Shown here one piece after another: positions 38,100 through 50,878 of a stretch of 64,000 bases of DNA; position 1 is the first letter of the stretch, and the number at the start of each line of letters is the position of its first letter. The stretch lies in contig NC_087472.1 in the NCBI RefSeq assembly GCF_036321535.1, positions 95,544,001 through 95,608,000 on the forward strand, read 5' to 3'. This DNA is from Camelus dromedarius. Its lineage: Eukaryota. Below the pieces are notes generated by a model. That model ran no database searches. It worked only from the letters and a program-made list of their open reading frames with translations, and was not told the DNA's origin. The translations under genes and the position numbers were made by a program.

Positions 38100-38312
38100 C
38101 AGAGTTTCTCAACCTCGAGACCCATGACACTTGTAATCAGGTAATTCTTTGTTGTGGGGCTGCCCTGTGCGCTGCCGGAGGTTAAGCGGCATCCCTGGCC
38201 CACGAGATACTAGTAGCACCTCCCCACCTGTGACAACCAACAACCAAAAGTATCTCTAGATATTGCCAAATGTCACCTGGGGAACACAGTTGTCCCCAGT
38301 TGAGAATCACTG
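38100..38312. mobile_element. MER20 (hAT-Charlie)
   Basis: TIRs cagagtttctcaacc / agttgagaatcactg; internal ataattctttgttgtggggctgccctgtgc-like motif; imperfect 8-bp TSD gcttagat/acttagaa. Confidence 0.88.
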
Positions 38313-40086
38313 ACTTAGAAGAAAGATCTGACCTCCCGCACACGTTTGTGAGGGGAGAAAAGACAGAGTATTGTCCTTGTCTTTCTAATATTTAGGCCAC
38401 CACGAAAAGCTCTATTTTGTCCAAACCATACAGTAATAAAAAGTGTTTATGAGAATAAATATTGTCATTTTCAGAGTGCAGTGGTACATGCAACATAATT
38501 ACTTGTTTTCCCTTTTTCACAACTGTCTGATTACTCAACGTTCTAGACCTTCTGAAAGGTGGATCTGTTGACTCATTGAGATAAATACATTGAGTCACAT
38601 GAAGTCTGTACCCAGGAAGAGGTTACTTAGGTTCCTGCAATTGACAAAGTGAAGGGAATTCTTAACTTGTAAGCTTATTTTTATACAACGTGAAGAAAAG
38701 CTTCACACCCAAACCTTTTTATTAGAAAATGTTTCAGACTTACAAAACAGGAAAGAGAATCATGTAACAAGCAGGTCCTAGCCACCAGAGCAGTGGAATA
38801 AAATCTTATACATACAATTTTGGTGCTATCCATCTATCACATTCCCATCCCTCCAAAAGTCAGCCCTTTCCCAAATTATCATCCCAATACCCTTTATTAT
38901 ACCTTTCATTAACCAGTTACATAGCCTGGTTTTAACTATATGACCAGCAGGGTATAAAAGATCCTTGAGTAAATTTATGCTTCAGCATCTCTGAGGCCAA
39001 GGTACCTCATGCATATCTTAGTGGTTTATAATCAAAAGATGAAGCGCATCCTGTGCAACTGAGAAAGGGCCCTTGGGAGCTGCACCTGAAAGGCTCGGCA
39101 CTCTATGATTGTTTGCACTTCCTTTCTCCTGCTGCATCCTTTACACTTCTTAAAGCCTTAGGCAAGTAGCATCTTGTGAGTCCTTTCAATTATCCAACCT
39201 TGCGTATACCTTCAGTGATATTTGATCTATGTTCAGAGAACAGGATTACATTTATTCCTGTTGGGAAAGATGTATTGTTTTCACATGCCTTTTAGAAAAG
39301 GGCTTTCAAGTTTTTTCTCATCTCTTATACTCAAAGCTGATTAAAAATGTATACAGCTGCTACAAAACAACAATAGATAGTATGGGTGATAATGACAAAT
39401 CTTCTTTGCTAATTTGTAGCATTTTTCATCTTGAAAACTCAAGTGAGTGTTCTTTTCCTCAAATAAACTGTTTCTATAAGAAACCTTGCTTCTGACATCT
39501 GCAATTACAAAAGTTGTTTTTTGTATAATTTTTCCAATGCACATAACTTATATTCATGATTAAATTATTATTTTGTAAGATGAAAGTCAGAAAAAAATCA
39601 TTTTGACAATGTGCAATGAGATTCCTGGGCTATGTCTTCATCTCCCAGCCTGTGTTTGGCTCATGTCGTGTCCCTCTTTCGCCTTCTGCTCCTGTTGAAA
39701 TATCCTCCTCCATATCTCTGCTTATATAAATTCTACTTTTCCTTCAAGAGTTAGCTTAAATATGGCTTCTTCCATTAAAGTCTTCCTGGCCTGTCCCAAA
39801 GCCTTCCTATAAACCCATTCCTAAAACACTCTGCCAGTGTTACTCAGTTGGCACTTGGTGTGGATAATACTAGAATTCCATTATGTGGAACCATAGTCCT
39901 TCCAGAAAAATTTTAAGTTCTATAATAGAAATCTTGTTCAATATCTCTTGCTTTATATATCTTTATTTTGATGACAATGCCTAAAAAATCACTGTGCACT
40001 TATGAAGAGCTGGATGAGTATTTGTAGATCACTTTGCTAATGAGAACGCAGAGGACAACATCATGTTCAAGAGTTTGGGTTCTGGG

Positions 40087-40258
40087 ACCTACTGTACAGC
40101 ACAGGGAACTATATTCAATTTCTTGTAATATCATATAATGGAAAAGAATCTGAAAAAATATATATGTATGTATATTTATAACTGAATCACTTTGCTGTAC
40201 ACCTGAAACTAACATTGTAAATCAACTACACTTTAATAAAAAGTGTTAAAAAAAAAAA
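40087..40258 (+). mobile_element. Short L1 3' terminus inserted in a MIR
   Basis: Perfect 18-bp TSD aagagtttgggttctggg (40069-40086, 40259-40276); poly-A tail. Confidence 0.92.
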
Positions 40259-40431
40259 AAGAGTTTGGGTTCTGGGTCAAATACTAGTCGTACTGCTTAC
40301 TATGGACAATTTACTTAACTTCTCTGATTCCATTTTCTCATTCACAAACAAAATAAGGATAATTATCAAAACAACCTCATTGGACTATTAATAAAGATTT
40401 GTAAAGATTAAACAGGAGAATGCAAGGTAGC

Positions 40432-41188
40432 TATAAGGAAAACTCCCTGTGTTTCTCCTTTACTCTCACACTCACAATACTTCTGAGACCAGATATGTGG
40501 GTTTTCCACAAACATCAAAGCAATTCTGCAATATCAGCTGGGGATCCTACAGTTCAGTTCAGTTCTTACACCACCTACCAGTAATTAGCATCAGATCCCA
40601 CAAGCTAAGGGCTCAGTCCCATAAGACTGCCCCCGCTTTAGATGCCAAATGCAAGTTCCAGGTTGTTATCTGTACCTTTGACTGACCTGCTGTAACTCAG
40701 GGTTCCTGAAAATTTGCTAGAACAGCACACAGAAATCAGGGAAATGCTCACTTACACTTGCTGGTTAACTATGTAATAAAGGATATGATAAAGGATGTAG
40801 ATGAACAGTCAGATGAAGAGATACATAGGGTGAGATCTGAAAGGGTCCTGAGCTCAGGAGCTTTTGTCCCTGTGGCGTTGGGGTGCACCACCTTCCCAGC
40901 CCATAGATGTGTTCACCAACCCACCAGCCCCCATTCTAAAGCTACCTAGGAGCCCACCAACAGTTGCCTCATTAGAACAAAAGACTTTCTATCACCCAAG
41001 AAACTCCAAAAGATTTAGGAGCTCTGTGTCAGGAACTGGGGTCAAGGACCAAACATTAGGACAAAATATGCTCCAAGTGTTCTTATCACTTAGGAAATTA
41101 CAAGGGTCTTAGGAGCTCTGTTCCAGGGAGTTCTGCTCCAAGGATTGGAGGCAGAGAGCAATACATGTATATTCTCTATTATTTCACA
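40432..41188 (-). mobile_element. MER21-like solo LTR inserted in the same MIR
   Basis: agcatcagatcccacaagctaagggctcagtcccataagactgcccc; gatgaagagatacatagggtgagatctgaaagggtcc; MIR resumes (cttagcacatagtaaac) after 41188. Confidence 0.8.
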
Positions 41189-42462
41189 GTGACTTAGCAC
41201 ATAGTAAACATCGAAAAATGAAACATATTTTAAAATTATCATCAGTGGGATCAAGAAAGATATTTCTTCTTGCCTAACAATTGTACTAGCTCCTTCAAGA
41301 TGAGAAGATGCTATTAATTTATAAAATAAGAGTGACTGTCACCAGAGTAATACCTCACTCCACAGGCACAAATGGGTTTGCAAAAGTCAGTTTTTAAATT
41401 CACTATTTAAAATGTCCAAATAGGCATCAGCAAATCTGAAATAGCTGGATTCCATACACATTATACTAGATGATGCTGGTAATATATTCTTCCTGCGTAA
41501 TTTTGCTTTTCTTCTATCACAAAACATACATTGAGTCTAATCCATAAATACTAACAATCCCAACAAATCAGTCCACACCAGAAAATTATAATTAGTTAAT
41601 TCCTGAGTGTTTTTGCACCTTATTATCAAATATATTCTTATCTGTTTTATATTACATATTTTTATTTCTAATTAAACCTACTCCTGGCCAGAAATACATT
41701 TAATTTATCTTTAAATATTTCACCTTTTTGCATTAACGCATTCATTCCATGACTACTGAGAACAACTAGATTCAAGGCACTGGGGTTAGGCTGTCTGAGG
41801 CATTCAAAGATGAATAAAACATATTAGATCTTCTTAAAAATCTATATTCTCTTACAGTAGATTAAACACATACACAAATATCCATAATATAACATAGGGT
41901 GGGACAAGTGTTGAGGAAGAACTGAGAGAATTCAAATAAGGAAGAAATCAATTCTAGGAGAAAGAGCAGGAAAAAGGAGCAATAGCATTTGAAGTGGCCT
42001 TCCATTCTCAGAGAGATATTGAAAGATGAGAGGGCATTTCACAACTAGGACACAATTTCAGATAATATATTCAACTGTTCAAATTTGAATATATTGAATT
42101 GTCAATACCTGTGGCCTATATATAGGATCTAATGGAAACTAACAAATTATTTTTTTCAATAGAATGTAAACAGAACAATAATTATGAATTCTATTATTCC
42201 CTATTATGGATTTGATCATTCAAAGCCATTAACAGTAATTAGTCAATATCCAAATCACAAAGATTAATAACATGTCCTAGTTAATAACACTTTTTGGATC
42301 AGAGTACACACACACACACACCCCTTGATTTCTTTGCATCTAACATTTAATAGCTGAGAAAAATATTCTTATTTCCACAATCTTATTCCCCAATCTTCCA
42401 GTGCTCTAGAACATACTCTTCCCACCAAGCAATGAGCCATGCGTTATACAGACCATATTTGG

Positions 42463-43246
42463 GGCTTTCGGGTCAAGATGGTGGAGCAGTAGGACCACAA
42501 GCTCACCTCTCCTCGTGACTACAACAAAACCACAACTGACTGCTAAACAACCATTGGAAAAAAGACTGGAACCTAACAAAAAAGATATTTTTCAACTGAA
42601 AACATAAAAAGGGAACCACAGCAGGACAGTAGGAGAGGCATGCTTGTGATATAATCAGCCCCCATTCCCTTCCCACTCCCCAGCCCCACCATGGGTGACC
42701 CATAAGCTGAAAAATAATTAAGCCACAGAGGCTCTCACAGAGGACTGAGAGTTCTGAGCCCCACGTCGGGGTTCCAGCACTGGGAGGAGGAGGAGACCCC
42801 AGGACATCTGGTTTTGAAGGTCAGTGGGGCTTAACTCCAGGACCCCACAGGACTGGGGGAAACAGAGACTTCACTCTCTTGGGAAGCACACACAGAATCT
42901 CGTGTGCGCCAGCTCCAAGGGCAGAGGCAGTGATTGCATAGGAACCTGGGTCAGACCTACCTGCTGGTTTTGGAAGGTTTCCTGGGGACACAGGGGATGG
43001 ATGCAGCTCACCCAGGGGACATAAAAGCTGGTGGAAGACATTCCTGGAGTGTTCCTCCAAATGAGCTTTCCTGGAGGTTGACATCTTGATTGGATCACTA
43101 GCACTAAGACCCAGCCCCACCCAACAGCCTGTAGGGAAGCCTCAGGCCAAACAACATAGAGGGTGGGAGCACAGCCCCACCTGTCAGCAGACCTCCTGAG
43201 CCACAAAGGCCTCTAGACACGCCGCTAGACACTGCACTACCACCAA
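42463..43246 (+). mobile_element. Isolated L1 5'UTR (cetartiodactyl type) flanked by a TSD
   Basis: Starts ggctttcgggtcaagatggtggagcagtagg; GC-richer L1 5'UTR sequence; 11-bp direct repeat accatatttgg at 42452-42462 and 43247-43257; no ORF1, ORF2, 3'UTR or poly-A. Confidence 0.75.
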
Positions 43247-43980
43247 ACCATATTTGGAATATCATGTTGAATTCCGGAGATGTTGCACTTGAAGAAAGAC
43301 ACTGATAGCATTTGTCCGAAGGGAGTGAATAGGACAGTGAAAGCCTAGAAAAAAGAAGTTACGAGAAATGGAAGGGATAAAAAGGCATGGATGATCCACA
43401 GCAGGAAGACTAAGGATGGATATTAGAGTTGTCTTCAAATGTTTGATGGACTCTACTATTTTACTCTGGAGATGGGTAGCAAATGGTTTATTATTTATAA
43501 TGCTGAAAGTGTGGATTTTGAAAGTGATTTATTTTTATGTTAACTAGTAAGGGGCCAATAGCACCAAGATACTCATTCTCCCTCATTTACACTTCAGTGT
43601 TTTCTCAAATGGTCCAGAAGTGTAGTTATATGTATACTCACTTACATTATCCATGTTCCCATACCTCGTAAGTCTCCAGTAAATCAGACAGTAACTTCCC
43701 TAAGGCTCAAATACCATAGTACAAAAGAGCTGACATCTGCTACTCTAGAGCTAATGAGCAGAATTAGAAGCAGGCAGATTTGAGCTCAACCGAAAAAAAA
43801 AAAACAAAAAAAACCCTTAAGGTTTCTCCATCACAGAAACAATCTTCTTAGAAAAGTATTGAGCTGTCTGATACTGAAAGTGTCCAAGCAGAACCTACAG
43901 GATTATTTGAATGGTTATAGTAGGGGTCACCACAGTGAGAAAGGGCAAGACCCCTTTTAAGACTGAAAATTCATGCAACA
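43247..43980 (+). mobile_element. L3/CR1 fragments (host of the L1 5'UTR insert)
   Basis: cagaccatatttggaatatcatgttgaattc...gaagactaaggatggatattagagttgtcttcaaatgtttga. Confidence 0.6.
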
Positions 43981-44249
43981 GAATAGGTGTGAAAATGCCT
44001 GGAAAACACACTACAGTTCTTTAATTCCAAAACAAATATTTGCCAAAGCCAAGAAAATAAACTGCAACAATATTTCCTCTTTTTGAAAGAGTTTTCTAGT
44101 AACACAGTCCATACCCTAAGGGGTGCAGTAGAGATAACCTTGACAACTGTGAGTCCCAGCCCCAACATGGAAAATTCTTCAACTCAATGACAAATCTAGG
44201 AACATGGGAATTACTATCACTCATAATTTATTAGAAGAATGAGAACATA

Positions 44250-44650
44250 GTTTCTCTAAAGAAAAATCATACACAACTACATAAACAAGCATTTGAATAA
44301 GGGGCAACCCGTAGATAATTTGTTTAAAATCTTAATTGTTCTGTCAAGCATAGAGAGCTGAATTAAAGACAGGCAATCAAAGGCAGTGATTATAAAGCAC
44401 TTATCTAGTTGGAGTCATGCTAACAATGGGATCCCCTAGTCATCACGCTAGCACTGATATTATTTTGACATTTTTATAAACAATCTGTTACAGGGAGACA
44501 TCTCCAGATTTAAAGAATACATTTAGCTTTTTCAAGAACTAAGCTGTCAAACTGGTTAGGAATAAACTGCCTTAAAATATCACATGATTGAAGGAGTGGG
44601 CAGCAGAAAAGAGGCAGATGAGCTTTGAGGTGAGTACCAAGTAAAGCTTT
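44250..44650 (+). mobile_element. CR1/L3 RT-region fragment
   Basis: caatcaaaggcagtgatta...caatgggatcccctag...tattttgacatttttataaacaatctg, a degenerate G-VPQGS-LG--LFNIFINDL region. Confidence 0.45.
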
Positions 44651-44682
44651 TAAATAAAATTACCCGAGAATCAGCCACTTAA

Positions 44683-44958
44683 CCCACAGACAGAAAACAA
44701 CCTTATGGTTAGTACCAAAGGGGAAAGGAGAGAGGGAGTCTGGGATTAACAGATACACACTACTATATATAGAATAAATAGACAACAAGGTCCTACTGTA
44801 TAGCACAGGGAACTACATTCAATATCTTGTAATAACATATAATGGAAAAGAATATGAAAAAGAATATATACGTGTGTGTATAACTGAATCACTTTGCTGT
44901 ACACCTGAAACTAACATATTGTAAATAAACTATACTTCAATAAAAATAAATTCAAAAA
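44683..44958 (+). mobile_element. Short L1 3'UTR insertion
   Basis: Perfect 16-bp TSD agaatcagccacttaa (44667-44682, 44959-44974). Confidence 0.92.
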
Positions 44959-45228
44959 AGAATCAGCCACTTAATAGACAACTCTCCAATCTGTATCTCT
45001 AATCCTGACCACCCTTCATGAAAACCAGGCTTATATAGCCATTTGTCAATTATATATTTCCACCTGTATGTCCCACAACCACATCAAACTCAAGATATCA
45101 CAATGCGAACCCTTCATCTCCCCTTCGTCCCCACTTCAAGTCCCCCTCCTGTAGTCTCCTACTCATTTGCTAGTACTATCAATCATTGATTGCTCAAGAC
45201 AGAAACATGGAAGTCACCATTTTCCACC

Positions 45229-45641
45229 TGTAGCAGAGACAGCCTGCTGGCCACCACAATCCATGCTCTCCTACACCACATACCCCTCGTACTTTATAAG
45301 TGGTCTTATGACAAGTTTCTCGCCAATGAAATGAGAACAGAAGTGATGGAGGCCACTTTTGGGTCTGGCCCATAAAACCCCTGTCTTCATACCTTCATGC
45401 ACTTTCCCCCTTCCTGAGGATTAGAATGACAATAATCAAAGCAGTCTTAGAAGATACATATTGAAGGTGGTCCAGGTGTGATGAACTGAGATCCCTGAGA
45501 GATGAATCAGATCCATTCACCACCACCATCAGCAACCTAGAACAAACTTCAAACCTAAAAGAGAAATAAACTTTGACCGTTCAAGCTATTACATCTTGGG
45601 GTCTCTTTGTTATGGTAGTTTAGCCTAGTCTAATTAATACA
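45229..45641 (+). mobile_element. MaLR LTR, MLT1I/J-like, within L2
   Basis: tgtagcagagac...gccaatgaaatgagaacagaagtgatggaggccactt...aaataaactt...ggggtctctttgtta...taataca. Confidence 0.65.
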
Positions 45642-45811
45642 TGACTCTTACCTCCCCATAATCATAAATCACCAAGTCCTGCTTCCTGCATATTTCTCAA
45701 ATCTACCTCCTCCTGTCTCTCCCTACTTCTGTGACCAAAGCCCCTTATCTCTTCACTGTTTCACCACCTCTTTACATACGTCTCTCACTCCAGGCTTGCC
45801 CACTTCTCTGC

Positions 45812-46342
45812 TGCAGAAGATAGCTTTTGGGTTTCTAACAAGCCTACATTTCTCCATTCCACCTTTCTAACAGCCCAAGGGGAGGCTGTCTTCTGGGGAA
45901 TCACTTCTCCCTAGTGATGTAGTAGCTATGCTATCCAGGTTGGAGTAATATCATCCCTTGGCCTCAGGAAAGGGTCTTAGGTGGAATTAGCCAATCAGAA
46001 CAGTTTTATCCCCATGGCCCAGTGATTGATCCATTGGGCATGAATTTTGGTTTGATTGAGATGCTCTGTAGGTCTCTATTTTCTCACTTTGGACACAGAC
46101 AGTGACATTTATAGTTCCAGGACCTGTTAGCAGCCATCTTGAAGCCTGGAAGTGGCAGAGCACCAAGGAAGGCAGAGTTGGAAAAAAACTGAATGTTTGG
46201 TGACACCATTCATCTGAAGAGTCAAACCTACCTTCCTACCTCTAGACATTCCACTTATGTGTGTCAATAATTTTCTTTGTTATACAACCCAATTTGTGTT
46301 TGACTGTCTATTACTTACAATACAAAGGGTACTAATGGAAAC
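45812..46342 (+). mobile_element. MaLR LTR, MLT1K/L-like
   Basis: tagccaatcagaa...cagccatcttg...gtcaataattttctttg...tgtctattacttacaatacaaagg. Confidence 0.55.
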
Positions 46343-47920
46343 GCTCTTCATTCCAACCTGTTTATCCTCTGCATAACCTACCAGAACGATGTCTTTAAAA
46401 TGAAAACTTGATCAAATAATCCCCCACTTAAAATCACTGAAAGCTTCCCTAAAGCCTAAGGCCTTAGCCCAGCATACTGGGTCCTTTACCCCATTTACCT
46501 CTCCAAACTCATTTCATGGTCTTCAAGACTGCATAATTCACATACAGAAATACCAAGGATGTTTCTGTTTCAGGAACACTGAACTGTTCCCTTACAACAC
46601 ACTACCTTCCCAGAGCTGCTTTCCCTATGATGCAGCAATGTCTTCCTTCCTCCTAGATGGATGTAGTAGCTCTTGGAACTACATACATCCTTACCCATGC
46701 TGAAAGAGAGGCAGAGACATATTATTATGAGACATTCATTGCAGCATTGTGTGCAGTAGTAGAAAGTTGGCAACAACCCAAATGCTCATCCACAGGAGAA
46801 TGGATAATGAGCGATGATAAATTCAGATAAAACTATAAGGCAATTAAATAAGTGACAAAACAATATGAACAAATCTCAAACACATGATGTTGATGAAAAA
46901 ATAAGTCATAGAAGAATATACACAGCATCACTGAAATATGCAAAACAAAAATATGTATTGTACAAGTAAAAATGCACTTGAGAATGATATTTCTGGGGAA
47001 ACAGGGAGGTCAATGATATCAGGGAGGGATGTATGGGCAGTTTCAAATCTATTTGTAATGTTTCACGTCTAAAAAAGGATTTAAAGCAAATGTTGAAAAA
47101 AGAATAAAGTATGGCACAGTGAGGTGATGGTGTACAAGAATGTTCATTCTAATATTCTTTATACTCTTTTGCATGCTTGAAATATTTTTAAATAAAATCT
47201 TTTTATGTGTTATATATAATATCATGTTTAAAAGCTTTCTTATTTTCCTTTTCTAACCTCATTAATTTCATTAAAGCTGGTTCCATAGCTAATGGTCTAC
47301 GAGCAGAATAATAATGAAGTTCTGGTCACCAAACTTTAGGAAAGATATAATCAAGCTAAGGAAGGTTCACAAAAAGCAACTGAAATTGTGCACTGTGTTG
47401 AGGGGCACTGTGGGAAAAGAGCTTCCCATACACTGCTGGAATTTGTGTAACCTACATGAAAACAACCTGACAATGTCTATTAAAGGAAAGAAGGAAGGAA
47501 AGGAGGACTGGGAAAAATAAGGGAAGAGGCCCAAGTCAGTTTACTAGGGTTTTTGTTAATGCCTCCCGAGGAGCTGTTTGAGCTGTTAATAAAGACTTCT
47601 GAACACACCAAATGCTTAGCTTGTTAACCAATATGGCCAGAGGCAAGGCAATCTTATTTCTTTATTCATTCTCTTTCCAAGCTTTACTTCCGTTTTCTTG
47701 TAACACTAAATGTCCTTAACCACAAAGTTTGCCTATAAAAGCCCTCACACTTACACTTCTACTTACACAGCAGCCAAAGAGTTGTTAGGTTGCTGGAGGA
47801 CAACTTTTAATTACATTAGTCTGGCCCACCACATTTAAATCAAATCATCTCAAAAGAACTAGGTGAGCTTAAGAAAAACCACACAAGTAGAAATTTTACA
47901 CTTTGTTGCCAAAAGCAGAT

Positions 47921-47991
47921 GAAAGAAAGAAAGAGAGAGAGAAAGAGAGAAAAGAAAGAAAGGAAAAGAAAAGAAAGAAAGGAAAAGAAAG

Positions 47992-48056
<65 letters not shown>
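47921..48056 (+). repeat. (GAAA)n purine microsatellite
   Basis: Imperfect 5' part followed by a perfect GAAA run (~47993-48056). Confidence 0.97.
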
Positions 48057-48057
<1 letters not shown>

Positions 48058-49357
48058 TGTGTGTATAAAAAGAGAGAGCAAGAAACAGACAGAGAGAGAC
48101 TTAGGTATATACAGGCAAGAAGTTTACACTAAACCACCAGTCAGGTTTTTTCTGAAAGTAAAGAATCATATGCCACAATAAAATAAGGCTCTCAACAATT
48201 TTTAGGTTGGCAGCTAAAAATTTCCCTAAACACAAACCTCATAGTTATTATGGTAATGTGACTACATCAATCACTAATGTTGAGAAATCACATCATAAAT
48301 TAGGAATATATTATGTAGGGTCAGAAACTAGCTTAATTATAATCTTACTGTGCCTTTAAATCACACTTTAATTAGGGAGGAAAGATTTTAAGGGAACTCA
48401 GAGAAGAAACAAATTTAAGTTTCTAAAGGGAGACAAGAGACAGAACTCCTTGGTATGAAGAGAAGGAGAAAACAGTAAATCTATTTCTGAACACTGATTA
48501 AAAGCACTACCTACTATAAATTTCAATTTTGTTAAATATCATTAACCTTGATATTAACTGGAAGCTGAATTATTATGTTTGTTGTGAGTCATAAAACACT
48601 CACTCTACTTAAGAACACTAGCATGTGACAATCAGATTTGCAATTATTAATTAACCACTGCCCTGCTCATAATCTACAATACCAAAAAAAAAAACAAAAA
48701 CAAAAACAAAAAAAACCCCTAACCTTCACAAATGCACTGTTCAATAAAAGTCGGTGACTGGTTGTCAGTAAACTGTCAAACCAAAGCCCTCCAGGAAAAC
48801 AGAAGGGGAGAGGTCATGAAAATCAAAACAAGTGTGGGTGTGAGAATGGTTTGTTTCCTAGAACCCATAATTTATACTAGACAGTTTTAAGCTATTCCAG
48901 TGGTGGCTTTCAGAAACTATTTGTTAAGCGCCTGCCCTCTGCTAGGGATTGGAAGGACACAGCAGTACCAACTTCCTCTCCTTCACCTAGTGTATGCAGT
49001 CAGTCATCACATTGCACAACTTCTGTTCTCTCTCACATTCTCTCATCTCCTCCTGTCCTTTCAGGCTGCTACTTCAAAACCTTATGACACACTCCCATCT
49101 GGGCTATATATACGTAAATTCACTATAGTATTGTCGGTAGTAGCAAAAAACTGAAAAAGCCTAAATATCTACATATCCATCAACAAAGAACTGGTTAGAT
49201 AAATTAAAGTCCAATAATCAAATTCTATGAAGCAATTTAAAACAATGAGTCAACATTCTATGTATTGATATGAAATGATTTCTAAGATATATTAAGTGAA
49301 GAAAGCGAGATGCAAAACTTGTTTATAGTATGCTGCAATTTCATTTTAAGATAATAT

Positions 49358-49813
49358 TGCTAAAATAAAAGGTAGACCCAGGATTGAAAATCCCCCAAGC
49401 AGACAAAACCATTGAAAGCCACATAAGCAAAACTAAAACGAGCTTATTTCACAAACAGAAGCAAAACTTAACTTAGGTTATTCCTTGTAAATGCCTCCGA
49501 CAGTCATAAAAGAAACTTAAGATATCTTCCTAAAATGGCATAAGATAATCACTTTTAACAAATACCCTGCTATCTAGAAATGCCCCATTGTAACAACCAA
49601 TTACTGTTAAGGTTATGTAATTTCATCATTTTCACTAATAAGCAAGCCATCCTGTAATGACAGGCCTCTGAGCTTCATCTCTGTTTTGGATTTGAAGACT
49701 CCCAGTTCACAAACTGTTCTTTTGTGCACTAAAAATTCTTACTAAATACTATTTTACTATTTTACTATTTTACTGATCTGGTTTTAACTGTTATCATTTC
49801 TGGATTTTTGACA
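49358..49813 (+). mobile_element. ERV1 solo LTR (MER110/MER67-group-like)
   Basis: TG...CA termini (tgctaaaataaaaggtagaccc...tttttgaca); 4-bp TSD atat/atgt. Confidence 0.65.
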
Positions 49814-49895
49814 ATGTATATAATGTATTTTAGAACACACACATAAACATGTATGTATATACACACATACTACATATATTAACATATACATACAC

Positions 49896-50359
49896 ATAGA
49901 TCTTCCACTTACAATGGGGTTTATTGGGATATAACCCCATTGTCAGTTGAAAATACCGTAAGTTGAAAATGCATTGAATACACCTAATTTACCAAACATC
50001 ACAACTTACCTAGCCAACCTTAAATGTGCTCAGAACACTTACCTCAGCCTACAACTGGGTAAAATCATCGAACACAAAGCCTACTTTTGAAACAAACTGT
50101 TAACTATGCCACTTGAGTTGAATGTAATTGATTGAACACAGTACTGAAAGTGAAAACCAGAATGGCTGAATGGGTTGTGAGAGCATCGGTTGTTTTCTCT
50201 CGTGATCAAGTGGCTGAATGGGAGCTGTGGCTGCCTGGGAAAAGGGCAAAATCCCAAATTCGAATCAGCATACAGTTTCCACAGAATGTGTATCACTTTT
50301 GCACCATCATAAAGTTGAAAAAATTGTAAGATGAACCATGGTGAACTGGCGACCATCTG
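49896..50359. mobile_element. TcMar-Tigger MITE, MER47/Tigger5-like
   Basis: cttacaatggggtt...taagttgaaaatgcattgaatacacctaa...cgaccatctg followed by TA. Confidence 0.85.
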
Positions 50360-50627
50360 TATACACAAATACACACACTTATGCATAGACTCCAAATACA
50401 TAAGGATCTGATAACAATGTTTTCCTCCAAGGGAAGGGAACTGGGTGACTGGTAGACGGGGAAGGAAGGAGACTTACATTTTACTTTACCCCTTTGTCCT
50501 TCTTTGAAGCTTGGCCATGTACATGCCTATTCACAAACTATGTAAATGTAATGCTTTTAAAATAAAGAAAATACTTAACATCAGGACCACTGTGGTAGCA
50601 GTCTCCTAACTGCTCTCTCTCCCACTC

Positions 50628-50878
50628 TCTTTTTTCTATTGAGATAGAATTTATATAACATAAAATTAACCATTTTAAAGTGTACAATTCAATGGCTCTT
50701 AGTCCTTTCACAATGCTCTGCAACCATCAGGACTATCTAGTTCCAGAACATTTTCATCACCCTAAAGGGAAACCCTGTACGCATTAGCTGTCACTCCCAA
50801 TTCTGCTCTCTGTCTCTATGGATCTGCCTATTCAGATATGTCATCTACATGGGACCACACAATACGTGACCTTTTATG
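50628..50878 (-). mobile_element. L1MB-type 3' end
   Basis: tttttctattgagatagaattta...ttttaaagtgtacaattcaatgg...ttccagaacattttcatcaccc. Confidence 0.8.

Larger units (their letters stand above)
49090..50575 (+). mobile_element. L1ME-type 3' end, split by an LTR and a Tigger MITE
   Basis: aaaactgaaaaagcctaaatatc...atattaagtgaagaaagcgagatgcaaaa; resumes ctgataacaatgttttcctccaaggg at ~50408. Confidence 0.6.

Noticed and set aside
47896..48181. Lys/Glu/Arg-rich and Phe/Leu/Ser-rich ORFs
   Set aside because: Translations of the (GAAA)n microsatellite
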